Source of the DNA: an uncultured Dehalococcoidia bacterium
Lineage (GTDB): Bacteria > Chloroflexota > Dehalococcoidia > Lucifugimonadales > Australimonadaceae
NCBI GenBank assembly: GCA_958295525.1
Contig: OY282355.1
Coordinates: forward strand, 1,487,504-1,551,503
Direction: 5' to 3'
Length of the DNA: 64,000 nucleotides
Position numbers and translations under genes: made by a program. Below are positions 9,742-19,240 of this stretch, piece by piece. Within the stretch, counting starts at the first letter, position 1, and every line of letters begins with the position of its first letter. The notes below the pieces were generated by a model. The model worked only from the letters and a program-made list of their open reading frames with translations. It searched no databases and was not told where the DNA came from.

Positions 9742-10638
9742 CTACTCCGCCTTTGCGATGATCAGTTCCCCGAACGCGGCGATCTGCTCTATGATGATGT
9801 CGTTTTGGAACTGCACGTGGAACGTGTCCACGCCCGCCTCGCGGTAGCGCGCCACGATCTCCAGCGCCTGCTCCGCCGTGCCCATCACGCCGCCCGGGTT
9901 GCCGAACGTCGTCGCCAATTTCGCCGCCGGGTCCTCGTCTCCGACGTAGGCGTTGCAATTGACGACGCGCCGGAGCGCCGCGGGGTCGCGTCCGGCGGCC
10001 TCCGCCGCATCCTCGACCGCCGCCGCTTGCGCGCCGTAGGCGTCCAAGTCGGACGGCCATCCGCCGTTGCGAATCCAGCCGTCGGCGACCTGCCCCGTCA
10101 GCCGCAGCATGCGCGGCTGCGCCGCCCCGATGAAGATCGGAATCGTCCCGCCGACCGGCTTCGGCTTCACGGCGGCGTCCCGAACGCCGTAGCGCTTGCC
10201 CTCGTAGGTGAACCGCTCGTTCGCCCACGTGCCGCGCAGGATTTCGACGGCGTCCCGCAAGCCGTCCACGCGCTCGCCGGCGGAGCCGAACGCAACGCCG
10301 TAGGAAGAGAAGTGCTCCTCTTGCCCGCCCGCGCCCAGCGTGAGGATGAGCCGTCCGCCTCCCGTCATCGCGTCGAGCGCCGTCGCCATTTTGGAGAGCA
10401 GCGCGGGATTGCGGAACGGAACGTTGAGCGTCGAGTGCGTCACGCGAATGCGGCTCGTTTGCACGGCGACGGCGGTGGCGAGCGTCCAGCCCTCCAGATT
10501 CTCCTCCGGCGGCCTGTCGCTGAACGCAATCGTCGCGAACCCCGCAGCCTCGGCGGCCTGCGCGACCTCCACGATGCGGTCGTAGGGAAGACCTCGCGGG
10601 TTGAGCCCGAACCTAACGCCGTTGCCGCTGCGCCCCAT
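9742..10638 (-). CDS. LLM-class (luciferase-like) F420-dependent oxidoreductase
   Basis: Start chosen at the ATG at 10638, preceded by AGGAGGAG. FGLNPRGLPYDRIVEVAQAAEAAGFATIAFSDRP...LGAGGQEEHFSSYGV is typical of the LLM family. Confidence 0.72.
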   Translation of the reverse strand: MGRSGNGVRFGLNPRGLPYDRIVEVAQAAEAAGFATIAFSDRPPEENLEGWTLATAVAVQTSRIRVTHSTLNVPFRNPALLSKMATALDAMTGGGRLILTLGAGGQEEHFSSYGVAFGSAGERVDGLRDAVEILRGTWANERFTYEGKRYGVRDAAVKPKPVGGTIPIFIGAAQPRMLRLTGQVADGWIRNGGWPSDLDAYGAQAAAVEDAAEAAGRDPAALRRVVNCNAYVGDEDPAAKLATTFGNPGGVMGTAEQALEIVARYREAGVDTFHVQFQNDIIIEQIAAFGELIIAKAE

Positions 10639-10841
10639 TGCTCCTCCTTGCGCGGCGCGTCCGCCGCTCCGTGAGGATACATCAGCGGAGCGGCGGCGCA
10701 AGTTCGGAAGGGGCGGCGCGGCGCTCCTATGCGGCAGGCGGGGACTTCCGCCGCCGCGCCCCGGTCGCGCGCTTGACTATCGCGGGCGACAGGCGCACAC
10801 TCGCAGCATACAGGTCGCCGCGCGCGACGGAGGTGCAGGAC

Positions 10842-11456
10842 ATGGTCACTGCGACAAGGACCCGAACGGCCCTCGACCGGTTCGTGGAGAAGGCACGGGA
10901 GTTGTTCGCCCAAGAGGACGACCTCGACCGGCGGTGGGAGGCGCTCGCGCCGGCCCTGGCCGAACTGCTCGCCGACCCCTCCGTGGTGGAGGCGTCGCAG
11001 TCGTGGCCGGACTGCGTGCCCGCCGACGGGCGGGCGGAGAACCTCCTCTTCTACGAGGACCCGGACTACGGCTTCGCCGTGAACGGGCTGACGAAGGGGC
11101 AGGCGCGGCAGGGCGTCCGCTCGCGCATCCACGACCACGCGCATATCTACACGCTCTACGGCGTGCTGGACGGCCGCGAGCGCATCGAGCGCTACGACCG
11201 GCTGGACGACCGCTCCCGCCCGGACTACGCGGAGATCAGCCTGGCGTCCGACAAATTGGTCGGCCCCGGCGAGATCGACCTCGTGAAGCCCTACGAAATC
11301 CACACGGAGAACACGGTGGGCGAGCGGACGGTGGCCGTGATCATCCGCAGCGAGAAGTCGGGCGGCTTCAACCAGGGGCGCTACAACCCGGAGACGAACG
11401 AGTACTGGGAGAGCCTCGGCCCGCGCCAGACCCCGGTCTCGATGTTCGGCGAGTAG
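10842..11456 (+). CDS. cupin-fold protein, cysteine dioxygenase type I-like
   Basis: ATG at 10842 after GGAGGTG. A His-rich cupin motif SRIHDHAHIYTLYGVLDGRERIERY. The family call is tentative. Confidence 0.5.
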   Translation: MVTATRTRTALDRFVEKARELFAQEDDLDRRWEALAPALAELLADPSVVEASQSWPDCVPADGRAENLLFYEDPDYGFAVNGLTKGQARQGVRSRIHDHAHIYTLYGVLDGRERIERYDRLDDRSRPDYAEISLASDKLVGPGEIDLVKPYEIHTENTVGERTVAVIIRSEKSGGFNQGRYNPETNEYWESLGPRQTPVSMFGE

Positions 11457-11583
11457 CGGCGAGCGAGCCTCGTTGGACAGGGGGCTGCTCGGCGGCCCCC
11501 TATCTGTTCCGCGTCCGGGCCGTTCCGATAAGAGGCTAGGAGAACGGCAATGACCGCGCCGTCGTTCGTGAGGAGCGCGCCGC

Positions 11584-13848
11584 CTAAGCGTCCTGCTGTT
11601 CCCGCAGCGCCCGCCAGACGCGCTCCGGCGTGAGCGGCAGCGACGAGACGCGCGCGCCGGTCGCGTCGAAGACGGCGTTGGCGACCGCCGGAGCGACGCA
11701 GACGATGCCGCCTTCCCCCACTCCTTTCGCGCCGTACGGCCCGGGGCCGTTGCCGGTTTCCAGCAGCACGGTCTCGAACTCGCCGGGCAGGTCGGTGAAG
11801 AGAGGAACGCGGTAGTCCACGAGGTTCGGGTTCAGCAATTGGCCGTCCTCGTAGAGCATCTCCTCGAGCAGCGTGTGGCCGATAGCCTGCATCGCGGCGC
11901 CCTCGTCCTGCCCTTCCACCTGTTTCGGGTTGATCGCTTTGCCGGGGTCGGAGACCGAGTAGTAGCGGAGCAAGCGAACCTCGCCGGTCGCCGTGTCCAC
12001 CTCGACCTCCGCCGCGCCGATGCTGACCTCCCAGAAGACGGGATCCTGGCGCAGTTTGCCGCTGGGGTGTTTCGGCGTGACGTAGCCCCGCCCGATGAGT
12101 TCGCCGCCGGAGCCGCCGAACATTTCGCGGACGAGCGCGGAGAACGCGACCGTCTCGCCCTTGAACGACGCCTGGCCGTCCTCCGCATCGATCTCGTCGG
12201 GAAACGCCTCGAAATGCTCGGCGGCGAGGCGCAGCAGTTGCTCGCGGATATCCGCCCCCGCGCCCTGAACGGCGAGCCCCATCAACGTCGTGGAGCGCGA
12301 CGATCCGGTCGAGCGGTCCCACGGCACGGCGGCGGTGTCGGACGCGACGACGCGGACTTTCTCGTAAGGAATTCGCATCTCCTCGGCGGCGATCTGAGCC
12401 ATTGCGGAGCGCGAACCCTGCCCCATCTCCGCGCTGCCGATGAAAACAGTCGCGCTGCCGTCGGCGTGCAAGCGGGCGAGCGAGGTGGACGTCGGGCTCG
12501 CGCCGGAGTTGGTGACGGCGCACGCAAAGCCGACGCCGCGCTTCACGCCGCCGTCCGCGGGGCCGGACGTCCGCTCCGACGCCGCGCGTTCACGCGATGC
12601 CTCCCAGCCGAAAGCGTCCGCCACGCTGCGGAGCGCGGCTTCCAAGTCGCCTTCGATGGGGCGCTTGCCCCGCCGAACCTCCTCGCCTTGCGGCACGAGG
12701 TTCTTGACGCGGAACTCGAACGGGTCGAGGCCGAGCGCGTGGGCGATGACGTCCATCTGCGACTCGCACGCCCAAACCGCCTGCGGCCCGCCGATGGAGC
12801 GGTAGGAGCCCGCAGGCGTGGAGTTCGTGAAGAGGCCGTAGGACTTCACCCGAACGTGGGGAATCGCGTAGGGGCCGGGCATCCGGTCGGCTAGGCGCTC
12901 GGTCACGCGAACGCCGTTGTCGGTGTAGCCGCCCGTGTCAACGTAGCCGACGCAGTCGCGCGCGATGATCGTCCCGTCGTTCATCACGCCGGTGCGGATG
13001 GTCGCTTTGGCGGCGTGGCGGCGCACCGTCCGCATCGCCTCCTCGACGCTCAGCGCGAGGCGCGCCGGCCTGCCCGCCTCGCGGCTCAACGCCGCAACGA
13101 GCGGCTCTATCTTCGTGTACGACTTGCTGCCGTAGCCTCCGCCGACGAACGGAACGACGACTTGCACCTGATCGAGTTGCAAGCGGAACAGGCGCGCGAT
13201 TTCCGCCTGCACGAGGAACGGATGCTGCGCCGACGTCCAGAGGCGGATGCGGCCCGGCTCGTAACTTGCGATGCAAACGTGCGGCTCCATCGCGTAGTGG
13301 TACACCATCGGAAACGTGAACGTGTCCTCGAACACGCGGTCGCAGTTGCGGAAGGCGGCGTCGACGTCGCCCCACTCGTAGCCGTATTCGTGGCAGAGGT
13401 TGGACTCGTGAACGGGCTCGCCCCGCCAATCCAACGCGGCGTCTATGCCGGAGACGACGGGCAACTCCTCGTACTCGACCTCGACGAGTTCGGCGGCGGC
13501 TTCGGCGGTCGCCAAATCAACGGCGGCGACGGCGGCGACGGGCTCGCCCTGAAAGCGAACCTTGTCCATCGCCACGACGGGCCTGTCCTTTTTGTCGGAG
13601 CCGTAGCGCGTCTCCATATTGACGAGTTCGTCGGCGGTGAGGACGGCGTAGACGCCCGGCATAGCGCGCGCCCGAGCCGCGTCCACCCGGACGATGCGGG
13701 CGTGCGGAAGCGGGCTGGGCACGAGTTTGGCGAACGCCATGCCGGGGACGCTCATATCGCCGGTGAACTGAGCGCGCCCGGAGAGTTTGTCGTCGGCGTC
13801 CACGCGGCGGACGGCCTTGCCCACGGTTCGGAATTCGCGCTCCGTCAT
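11584..13848 (-). CDS. xanthine dehydrogenase family molybdopterin-binding large subunit
   Basis: Start MTEREFRTVGKAVRRVDADDKLSGRAQFTGDM at 13848 (ATGA overlap with the upstream gene). Conserved GGGYGSK, RSIGGPQ and PGPYGAKGVGEGG motifs. Confidence 0.88.
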   Translation of the reverse strand: MTEREFRTVGKAVRRVDADDKLSGRAQFTGDMSVPGMAFAKLVPSPLPHARIVRVDAARARAMPGVYAVLTADELVNMETRYGSDKKDRPVVAMDKVRFQGEPVAAVAAVDLATAEAAAELVEVEYEELPVVSGIDAALDWRGEPVHESNLCHEYGYEWGDVDAAFRNCDRVFEDTFTFPMVYHYAMEPHVCIASYEPGRIRLWTSAQHPFLVQAEIARLFRLQLDQVQVVVPFVGGGYGSKSYTKIEPLVAALSREAGRPARLALSVEEAMRTVRRHAAKATIRTGVMNDGTIIARDCVGYVDTGGYTDNGVRVTERLADRMPGPYAIPHVRVKSYGLFTNSTPAGSYRSIGGPQAVWACESQMDVIAHALGLDPFEFRVKNLVPQGEEVRRGKRPIEGDLEAALRSVADAFGWEASRERAASERTSGPADGGVKRGVGFACAVTNSGASPTSTSLARLHADGSATVFIGSAEMGQGSRSAMAQIAAEEMRIPYEKVRVVASDTAAVPWDRSTGSSRSTTLMGLAVQGAGADIREQLLRLAAEHFEAFPDEIDAEDGQASFKGETVAFSALVREMFGGSGGELIGRGYVTPKHPSGKLRQDPVFWEVSIGAAEVEVDTATGEVRLLRYYSVSDPGKAINPKQVEGQDEGAAMQAIGHTLLEEMLYEDGQLLNPNLVDYRVPLFTDLPGEFETVLLETGNGPGPYGAKGVGEGGIVCVAPAVANAVFDATGARVSSLPLTPERVWRALREQQDA

Positions 13849-14327
13849 CGCATCGCCTCCGCCGCTTCTTCCACGGCCTCCACGATCTTCTTGTAGCCGG
13901 TGCAGCGGCAGACGTTCCCGCTCAGCGCGTCCTTGATCGTCTCCTCCGACGGCGCGGGGTCGGCGTCGAGCAGCGCTTTCGCGGCGAGCAGCATCCCCGG
14001 CGTGCAGAACCCGCACTGGAACGCCGCGTTGTTCACGAACGCCTCCGTGAGCGGAGCCGACCGCTCGTCCGCCGCAAGCCCCTCAACGGTGAGCACGGCC
14101 TTCCCCCGCGCCTCGAACGCCGGAAGCGTGCAGGAACTCACCGGCTGGCCGTCCAGCAGCACGGCGCAGGCGCCGCACACTTGCGCATCGCAGGAGCGCT
14201 TCGTTCCGGTCAAGCCGAACTCGCCGCGCAGCAGGTCTATGAGCGGCATGCGCGGCGCGACGGCGGCCTCCGCCTCCGCTCCGTTCAGCGTGAACCGCAC
14301 CGGAATCTCCGTCATCCCGTCAGGCAT
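13845..14327 (-). CDS. (2Fe-2S)-binding small subunit of molybdenum hydroxylase
   Basis: CDAQVCGACAV...C and QCGFCTPGM...CRCTGY cysteine motifs. The start is at 14327 or 14315. Confidence 0.88.
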   Translation of the reverse strand: MPDGMTEIPVRFTLNGAEAEAAVAPRMPLIDLLRGEFGLTGTKRSCDAQVCGACAVLLDGQPVSSCTLPAFEARGKAVLTVEGLAADERSAPLTEAFVNNAAFQCGFCTPGMLLAAKALLDADPAPSEETIKDALSGNVCRCTGYKKIVEAVEEAAEAMR

Positions 14328-15201
14328 CGCCGCCGCTCCCGTTCCGCCCCAGCGCGCGCAGAAGCGTCCGCTCCAAAAACACGCGCGCCAGATGCGCTTT
14401 GTAGTCCGCCTCGCCGTGCAGATCGGCGACCGCGTCCGCGTCCTCGGCGGCGAGACGGCAAGCCTCCCGGAGCGCCGGAGCGTCTGCGGCGAGCCCGTCC
14501 ACGCGCTCGCCGCGCAGAACGTCCTCCGAGCGCGGAAGGCGGCGCGCCACCGGCGAGACGCAGCCAATGGCGATCCTGACGTCCGCGACGCGCCCGTCCT
14601 CGACGGCGACCGCCGCCGCAACGCCGAGCGTCGGGCGGTGATGCCGCCCGAACTTGGAGTACGCGCCGCTCATTCCGGCGGGGAACGGCGGAACGCGGAC
14701 AGCGGTGACCATTTCGTCGGGCGCCAGCGAAGTCTCGTAGGAGTTCGTCTGCAACTCGCCCACCGGAATGCGGCGCGAGGCGGACGGCCCCTGCGCGTCC
14801 AACTCCGCCTCGTAAATCAGCAGAAGAGTCGCAGGATCGGAGTGCGGCTCCGCGAAGCAGAGGTTGCCCGCAAGCGTGCCGACGTTCCGCACCCGCGCGT
14901 TCGCCACGCTATGCTCAACCTCGGCGAGCAGCGGCAAGCGCTCGCGTGCGAGCGCATCGCGCTCGACTGCGCTGTGCGTCGCGCTTGCGCCGATGACGAC
15001 GCCCCTGTCGTCCGCGGCGACGGCGTCCAGCCCCGCGATGCTCTTCACGTTGATCAGCGCGTCGTAGGCGAGCAGCCCCGACTTCATCGCGAGCAGCAGT
15101 TCGGTGCCGCCCGCGTACAGCGCCGCCGCTCCGCTCTCCTGAGCGAGCAGCATGGCGGCCTCCCGCGGCGTGGACGGCTCATGCAAGCGAAAAGGCTTCA
15201 T
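14320..15201 (-). CDS. FAD-binding medium subunit of molybdenum hydroxylase (CoxM-like)
   Basis: MKPFRLHEPSTPREAAMLL....AALYAGGTELLLAMK is typical of FAD_binding_5. It is the first gene of the three-gene operon. Confidence 0.85.
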   Translation of the reverse strand: MKPFRLHEPSTPREAAMLLAQESGAAALYAGGTELLLAMKSGLLAYDALINVKSIAGLDAVAADDRGVVIGASATHSAVERDALARERLPLLAEVEHSVANARVRNVGTLAGNLCFAEPHSDPATLLLIYEAELDAQGPSASRRIPVGELQTNSYETSLAPDEMVTAVRVPPFPAGMSGAYSKFGRHHRPTLGVAAAVAVEDGRVADVRIAIGCVSPVARRLPRSEDVLRGERVDGLAADAPALREACRLAAEDADAVADLHGEADYKAHLARVFLERTLLRALGRNGSGGDA

Positions 15202-15249
15202 CGCGCAGGGATGCTACCTTGCTCAGCGAGCGAGGGCAAGCCACACCGC

Positions 15250-15440
15250 CACGTCATTCCCGCGTAGGCGGGAATCCAGAGGCGCGCCCCCGGACGCTGC
15301 GCGCAGCGCATCGTCTCCAAGTCCCCTCACGCGCCACGTCATTCCCGCGCAGGCGGGAACCTACTGGAAGCGCCCCACGCGCATGCGGCTCCCCGCCGGG
15401 GCGCGACGGGGGCGAGATTCCCGCCTACGCGGGCAGGGCG
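15250..15440. repeat. cluster of REP/BIME-like palindromic repeats in a divergent intergenic region
   Basis: Three cores (CGTCATTCCCGCGTAGGCGGGAATCC, CGTCATTCCCGCGCAGGCGGGAACC, and inverted GAGATTCCCGCCTACGCGGGCAGG), plus a GGACGCTGCGCGCAGCGCATCGTCTCC hairpin module. Confidence 0.8.
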
Positions 15441-15469
15441 GGGAACCGCTGTCTGCTAGCATTCGCGCT

Positions 15470-17233
15470 ATGAGCCCGGACGTCATTACGCAAGAGGTGA
15501 TCCGCGCGCGGGTGGACGGGATTATGCGAGAGATGCAAGCCGCCGTGATGCGGACAGGCTTCTCGACCATCATCCGCGAATCCCACGACTTCTCCGCCGG
15601 GATCACCGACCGCGACGGAAACACCGTCGGGCAGCATTCCGCCCTGCTCCAGCATCGCGGCGCGTACCCCGATTGCATCGCAGGCGTCCTCCGCCATTAC
15701 CCGCTCGACGAGATGGAGGACGGCGACTGCTTCCTCGTCTCCGACCCCTACTCGTCCGGCTGCCCGCACCCGAACGATATGGCCGTCGTGACCCCCGTCG
15801 TCTCCGAGGGCGAGATCATCGCGTTCTGCTCTTCGATGGGGCACAAGAGCGACATCGGCGGGCAGTCGCCGGGCAGCCGCAACGCCATCGCCCGCGACGT
15901 TTTCGGGGAAGGGTTGAACATTCCGCCCGTCCGCTTTCACGCGCGCCACGAGCCCGTCAAAGAGGTCGTCCAACTCCTCACGGCCAACAGCCGCGCGCCG
16001 GAACTCGTCATCGGCGACTTGAACGCGCAGGCCGGGGCGATGCACGCCATAGGAGCGCGCCGCCTCAAGGAACTGGCCGCGCAGTTCGGCGCGGGAACCG
16101 TGACCGCCGCGTTCGACGACGTCGCCCGCCGCACCGAAGCGCGCGTCCGCACCGCCATCCGCGAGTGGCCCGACGGCGCGGCGGAGGCCGAAGGCTTCGT
16201 GGACGACATCGTCGACAAAACGCAGGCCGTCCGCATCCATGTCCGCGTCGAGAAGGCAGGCGATGCGCTGACCGCCGACTTCTCCGGCTCCGACGATCAG
16301 AGCCCCGGCCCCATCAACGTCCGCCCGCCCTTCATCTACGGCATGGCGCACTTCGCCCTCATCGCAATGATCGACCCGAATCTGCCCGGCAACGCGGGGC
16401 TCGCCCGCTGCGTCGAGTTCCGGTTCCGCCCGGGCAGCGTCGTCAACCCGACCTACCCCGCCCCCACCGGCTTCTACTCGATGACGATTCCGGTTGTCGA
16501 GGACGTTCTCTTCGAGGCGATGAGCAAAGTGGCCGGTCGCCCGCTGGTCGCGCACAACGCGCCGCCGAATCTCGTCGTCATCGGCGGCGCCGCGGGCTCG
16601 GGCAAGCGTTACGTTCAGTACGAACTGCTGCGCTCCGGCAACGGCGCCTACGACGGCGGGGACGGCTGGACGGGAACGGCGCACTCCGCGAGCGGCGGCT
16701 CCAAATTCACGAGCGTCGAGATCATCGAGAGCGAGTTCGACGCGGAGGTCGAGCGGTTCGAGATCATTCCCGACTCCGGCGGCGCGGGGAAGCACCGGGG
16801 CGGCGCCGGTCTGCGGCGCGTCTACCGCGTGCATACCGAGAGCAGATTCGCGGGAGGCAATCCGCGCAACCTCCGCCCGCCCCACGGCCTCGCGGGAGGC
16901 GGAGACGGCGCGCCCGGCGGCGTGACGATAATCCATCCGCCCGCCGACGAACCCCGCGGCGCCGGCATTCCGTCAATCAGCGCCGCCTCATCCGGCGCTC
17001 CGGCGGGGACGAACGCCGAAACGCACGTCGGCCTCGTCTCCAACGTTCCGCTGCCCGCGGGGTGCGTTCTCGAGGCGCGCACGAGCGGGGCGGGAGGCGT
17101 CGGCGACCCAAAGGAGCGCTACCGCGCCAAAGTGGTCCGCGACCTCCGCAACGGCCTCATCACGGAGCGCGCTGCCGTCGAGGTGTACGGGCTCGACGCG
17201 CAGTCCGCCGCCGAGGCGCGAAGCATCCAGTAG
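15470..17233 (+). CDS. hydantoinase B/oxoprolinase family protein
   Basis: Start MSPDVITQEVIRARVDGIMREMQAAVMRTGFSTIIRESHDFSAGITDRDGN matches the HyuB N-terminus. No HyuA-like partner is adjacent. Confidence 0.85.
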   Translation: MSPDVITQEVIRARVDGIMREMQAAVMRTGFSTIIRESHDFSAGITDRDGNTVGQHSALLQHRGAYPDCIAGVLRHYPLDEMEDGDCFLVSDPYSSGCPHPNDMAVVTPVVSEGEIIAFCSSMGHKSDIGGQSPGSRNAIARDVFGEGLNIPPVRFHARHEPVKEVVQLLTANSRAPELVIGDLNAQAGAMHAIGARRLKELAAQFGAGTVTAAFDDVARRTEARVRTAIREWPDGAAEAEGFVDDIVDKTQAVRIHVRVEKAGDALTADFSGSDDQSPGPINVRPPFIYGMAHFALIAMIDPNLPGNAGLARCVEFRFRPGSVVNPTYPAPTGFYSMTIPVVEDVLFEAMSKVAGRPLVAHNAPPNLVVIGGAAGSGKRYVQYELLRSGNGAYDGGDGWTGTAHSASGGSKFTSVEIIESEFDAEVERFEIIPDSGGAGKHRGGAGLRRVYRVHTESRFAGGNPRNLRPPHGLAGGGDGAPGGVTIIHPPADEPRGAGIPSISAASSGAPAGTNAETHVGLVSNVPLPAGCVLEARTSGAGGVGDPKERYRAKVVRDLRNGLITERAAVEVYGLDAQSAAEARSIQ

Positions 17234-17296
17234 ATTCCCGCCTACGCGGGAATGACGGGGCAAGGGGGCGAGGTTCCCGCCTACGCGGGAATGACG
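17233..17296. repeat. two tandem palindromic repeat units
   Basis: GATTCCCGCCTACGCGGGAATGACGG and GGTTCCCGCCTACGCGGGAATGACGG, separated by 14 nt. Confidence 0.8.
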
Positions 17297-17361
17297 GCAA
17301 GCCCGGCGCGCCGCCCCTGAGCGTATACTCTCCGCGCAAGATGCCCGCAGGAGGCCGCGCG

Positions 17362-18432
17362 ATGCCCGTCGTTGACGCCGATACGCACGTGGACGAGAAC
17401 GAAGAGACATGGGCGTTCCTTCTGCCGGAGCACGAGCGCTTCCGCCCGCTCACCATATCGCCGCCCGACGGCTGGGTGGACCCGGCGCTGGCGCCGAAAG
17501 GCTACAACCGCTTCTGGAGCATTGACGGCGCGCTCCGCATCCGCCGCAACCGCGACGACGTCCGCACCGGCACGACGGTCGAGACGCGCGAACTGACGGA
17601 CGTGCCCGCCCGCCTCCGCGATATGGACCGGCTGGGCGTGGACGCGCAGGTGATGTACCCCACGCTCTTCCTGACCGCCGTCACCGCGAAGCCCGACGTC
17701 GAGTACGCGCTCGTCCGCTCCTACAACCGCTGGCTCGGCGCGAAGTCGGAGGAGAGCGGCGGACGCCTCCGCTGGGCCGCCGTTCCGCCCATCCTGAGTA
17801 TGGAGAAGGCCGCCGAGGAGTTGGAGTGGGCGCGGGCGCACGGGGCGTGCGGCGTGTTCAAGCGCGGCGTCGAGGCGGGCGGCAGGTCGGCGAGCGATCC
17901 GTACTTCTTCCCGCTCTACGAGGCCGCCCAGCGGTTGGATATGCCCATCTGCATCCATATCGCGGCGGGCGACCCTGCGGTCACCGACACGCTCTCGTCG
18001 CACCTCACGATGTACAACTTCAGCCTCTCGCCCATTGACGCCTTCATCTCAATGGTTACGGCGGGCCTGCCCGCCAAGTTCCCAAGCCTGCGGGTGGGCT
18101 TCATCGAAACGATGTCGTCTTGGGTTCCCTACGCGATGGCGGAACTGCAGGCGCGGCATGAGCGCTCCGGCTGGATGGGCGCGTTCGAGTTGGGGCAAGA
18201 CCTCATCCGGCAAGGGCGTTTCTACATCGCCTGCCAGACGCACGAAGACCTCCCCTATGTTCTGAAGACGACGGGCGAGGACAACCTCATCCTCGGGACG
18301 GACTACACGCACGCCGACCACTCCGCTGAGATCGAGGCGCACGCCATCCTGCGCCGCCGCGAGGATCTGCCCCCGCAAGCGGCGGAGAAGATCGTCCGCG
18401 ACAACCCTTCGCGGTTCTACGCGCTCGATTAG
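17362..18432 (+). CDS. amidohydrolase family protein (Amidohydro_2/ACMSD-like)
   Basis: ATG at 17362 after AGGAGG. MPVVDADTHVDE metal-binding start. ...LILGTDYTHADH near the C-terminus. Confidence 0.8.
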   Translation: MPVVDADTHVDENEETWAFLLPEHERFRPLTISPPDGWVDPALAPKGYNRFWSIDGALRIRRNRDDVRTGTTVETRELTDVPARLRDMDRLGVDAQVMYPTLFLTAVTAKPDVEYALVRSYNRWLGAKSEESGGRLRWAAVPPILSMEKAAEELEWARAHGACGVFKRGVEAGGRSASDPYFFPLYEAAQRLDMPICIHIAAGDPAVTDTLSSHLTMYNFSLSPIDAFISMVTAGLPAKFPSLRVGFIETMSSWVPYAMAELQARHERSGWMGAFELGQDLIRQGRFYIACQTHEDLPYVLKTTGEDNLILGTDYTHADHSAEIEAHAILRRREDLPPQAAEKIVRDNPSRFYALD

Positions 18433-19130
18433 GGCGCGTGGCGGCGCGGTAGCCGCCTGCGCGGGGCGCTTCCAGTAGTTCCCGCTTTCGCGGGAATGAC
18501 GTGGCGGTGTGGAGTGACTTGGAGACGGGGCGCTGCGGCGCCCGTCCGGGGGCGAGGTTCCCGCATGCAAGTGGGGGCGCTCCGAGTAGGTTCCTGCTTT
18601 CGCGGGAATGACGGCAAAGGAGGGGCGGGTAATTTGGAGACGGGGCGCGTTGCGCCCGTTCGGCGGCGAGGTTCCCGCCTACGCGGGAATGACGTGGCCA
18701 ACAGGTTCCCCGCGTGCGCGTGAGGACGCTCCCAGTAGGTTCCCGCCTACGCGGGAATAACGTGGCGCGTGGGGTGGTTGGAGACGATGCGTTGCGCGCA
18801 TCGTCCGGCGCTTGCGCGCCGACTGGATTCCCGCCTGCGCGGGAACCTACTGGGGCAGGGGGCGCTGCGCTGCGCGCCGCGTCTGGGGCGAGGTTCCCGC
18901 CTACGCGGGAATGACGGGGCAAGGGGGCGAGGTTCCCGCCTACGCGGGAATGACGGGGCCAGTAGGGGCGGGGATGGCGATGCGCTGCGCGCCCCGTCAA
19001 GGAGTGAGGATTCGCGGCGGCGCGGGAATGACGGAGATGAGGGCGCTTGCGCGCCGACTGGATTCCCGCCTACGCGGGAACGACGATTGCAAGAGGGCGG
19101 GGATTCCCGCCTGCGCAGGGATGACGAGCC
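18433..19130. repeat. largest array of mosaic palindromic repeats (about 12 cores in about 700 bp)
   Basis: Cores (G/A)(G/A)TTCCCGC-N4-GCGGGAA(T/C)GACG with loops CTAC, CTGC or TTTC. They are interleaved with GGAGACG(A/G)(G/T)GCG...CGTCC hairpins and GGCGCTTGCGCGCCGACTG modules. Confidence 0.85.
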
Positions 19131-19211
19131 CGATGGGGCGCCTGCCGCCCCGTTTATGCGGCCCGCCTGCGCCCGTTCACGGAACGCGGGGACGATGCGG
19201 GGCGCCCGCGC

Positions 19212-19240
19212 TTGCCGAGCGGCGGGCGGAGCGCTACTAT
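19212..19240 (+). promoter_or_regulatory. sigma70-like promoter upstream of etfB (TTGCCG-17 nt-TACTAT)
   Basis: TTGCCG at 19212-19217 and TACTAT at 19235-19240. The leader contains a direct repeat, GCTCAATTCCC...TGCCG twice (about 19254-19292). Confidence 0.4.

Noticed and set aside
15673-18432. 919-aa ORF
   Set aside because: The N-terminal 563 codons are a low-complexity Arg-rich alternate frame of the hydantoinase B gene and the repeat cluster. The amidohydrolase starts at 17362 after AGGAGG.
18433-19130. CRISPR array interpretation of the regularly spaced repeats
   Set aside because: The repeat units are short palindromes of about 25 nt at irregular spacing (about 10-80 nt). The spacers are themselves repeated modules. 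The orientation flips between and within clusters. Copies are scattered over at least 10 loci. No cas genes are present.
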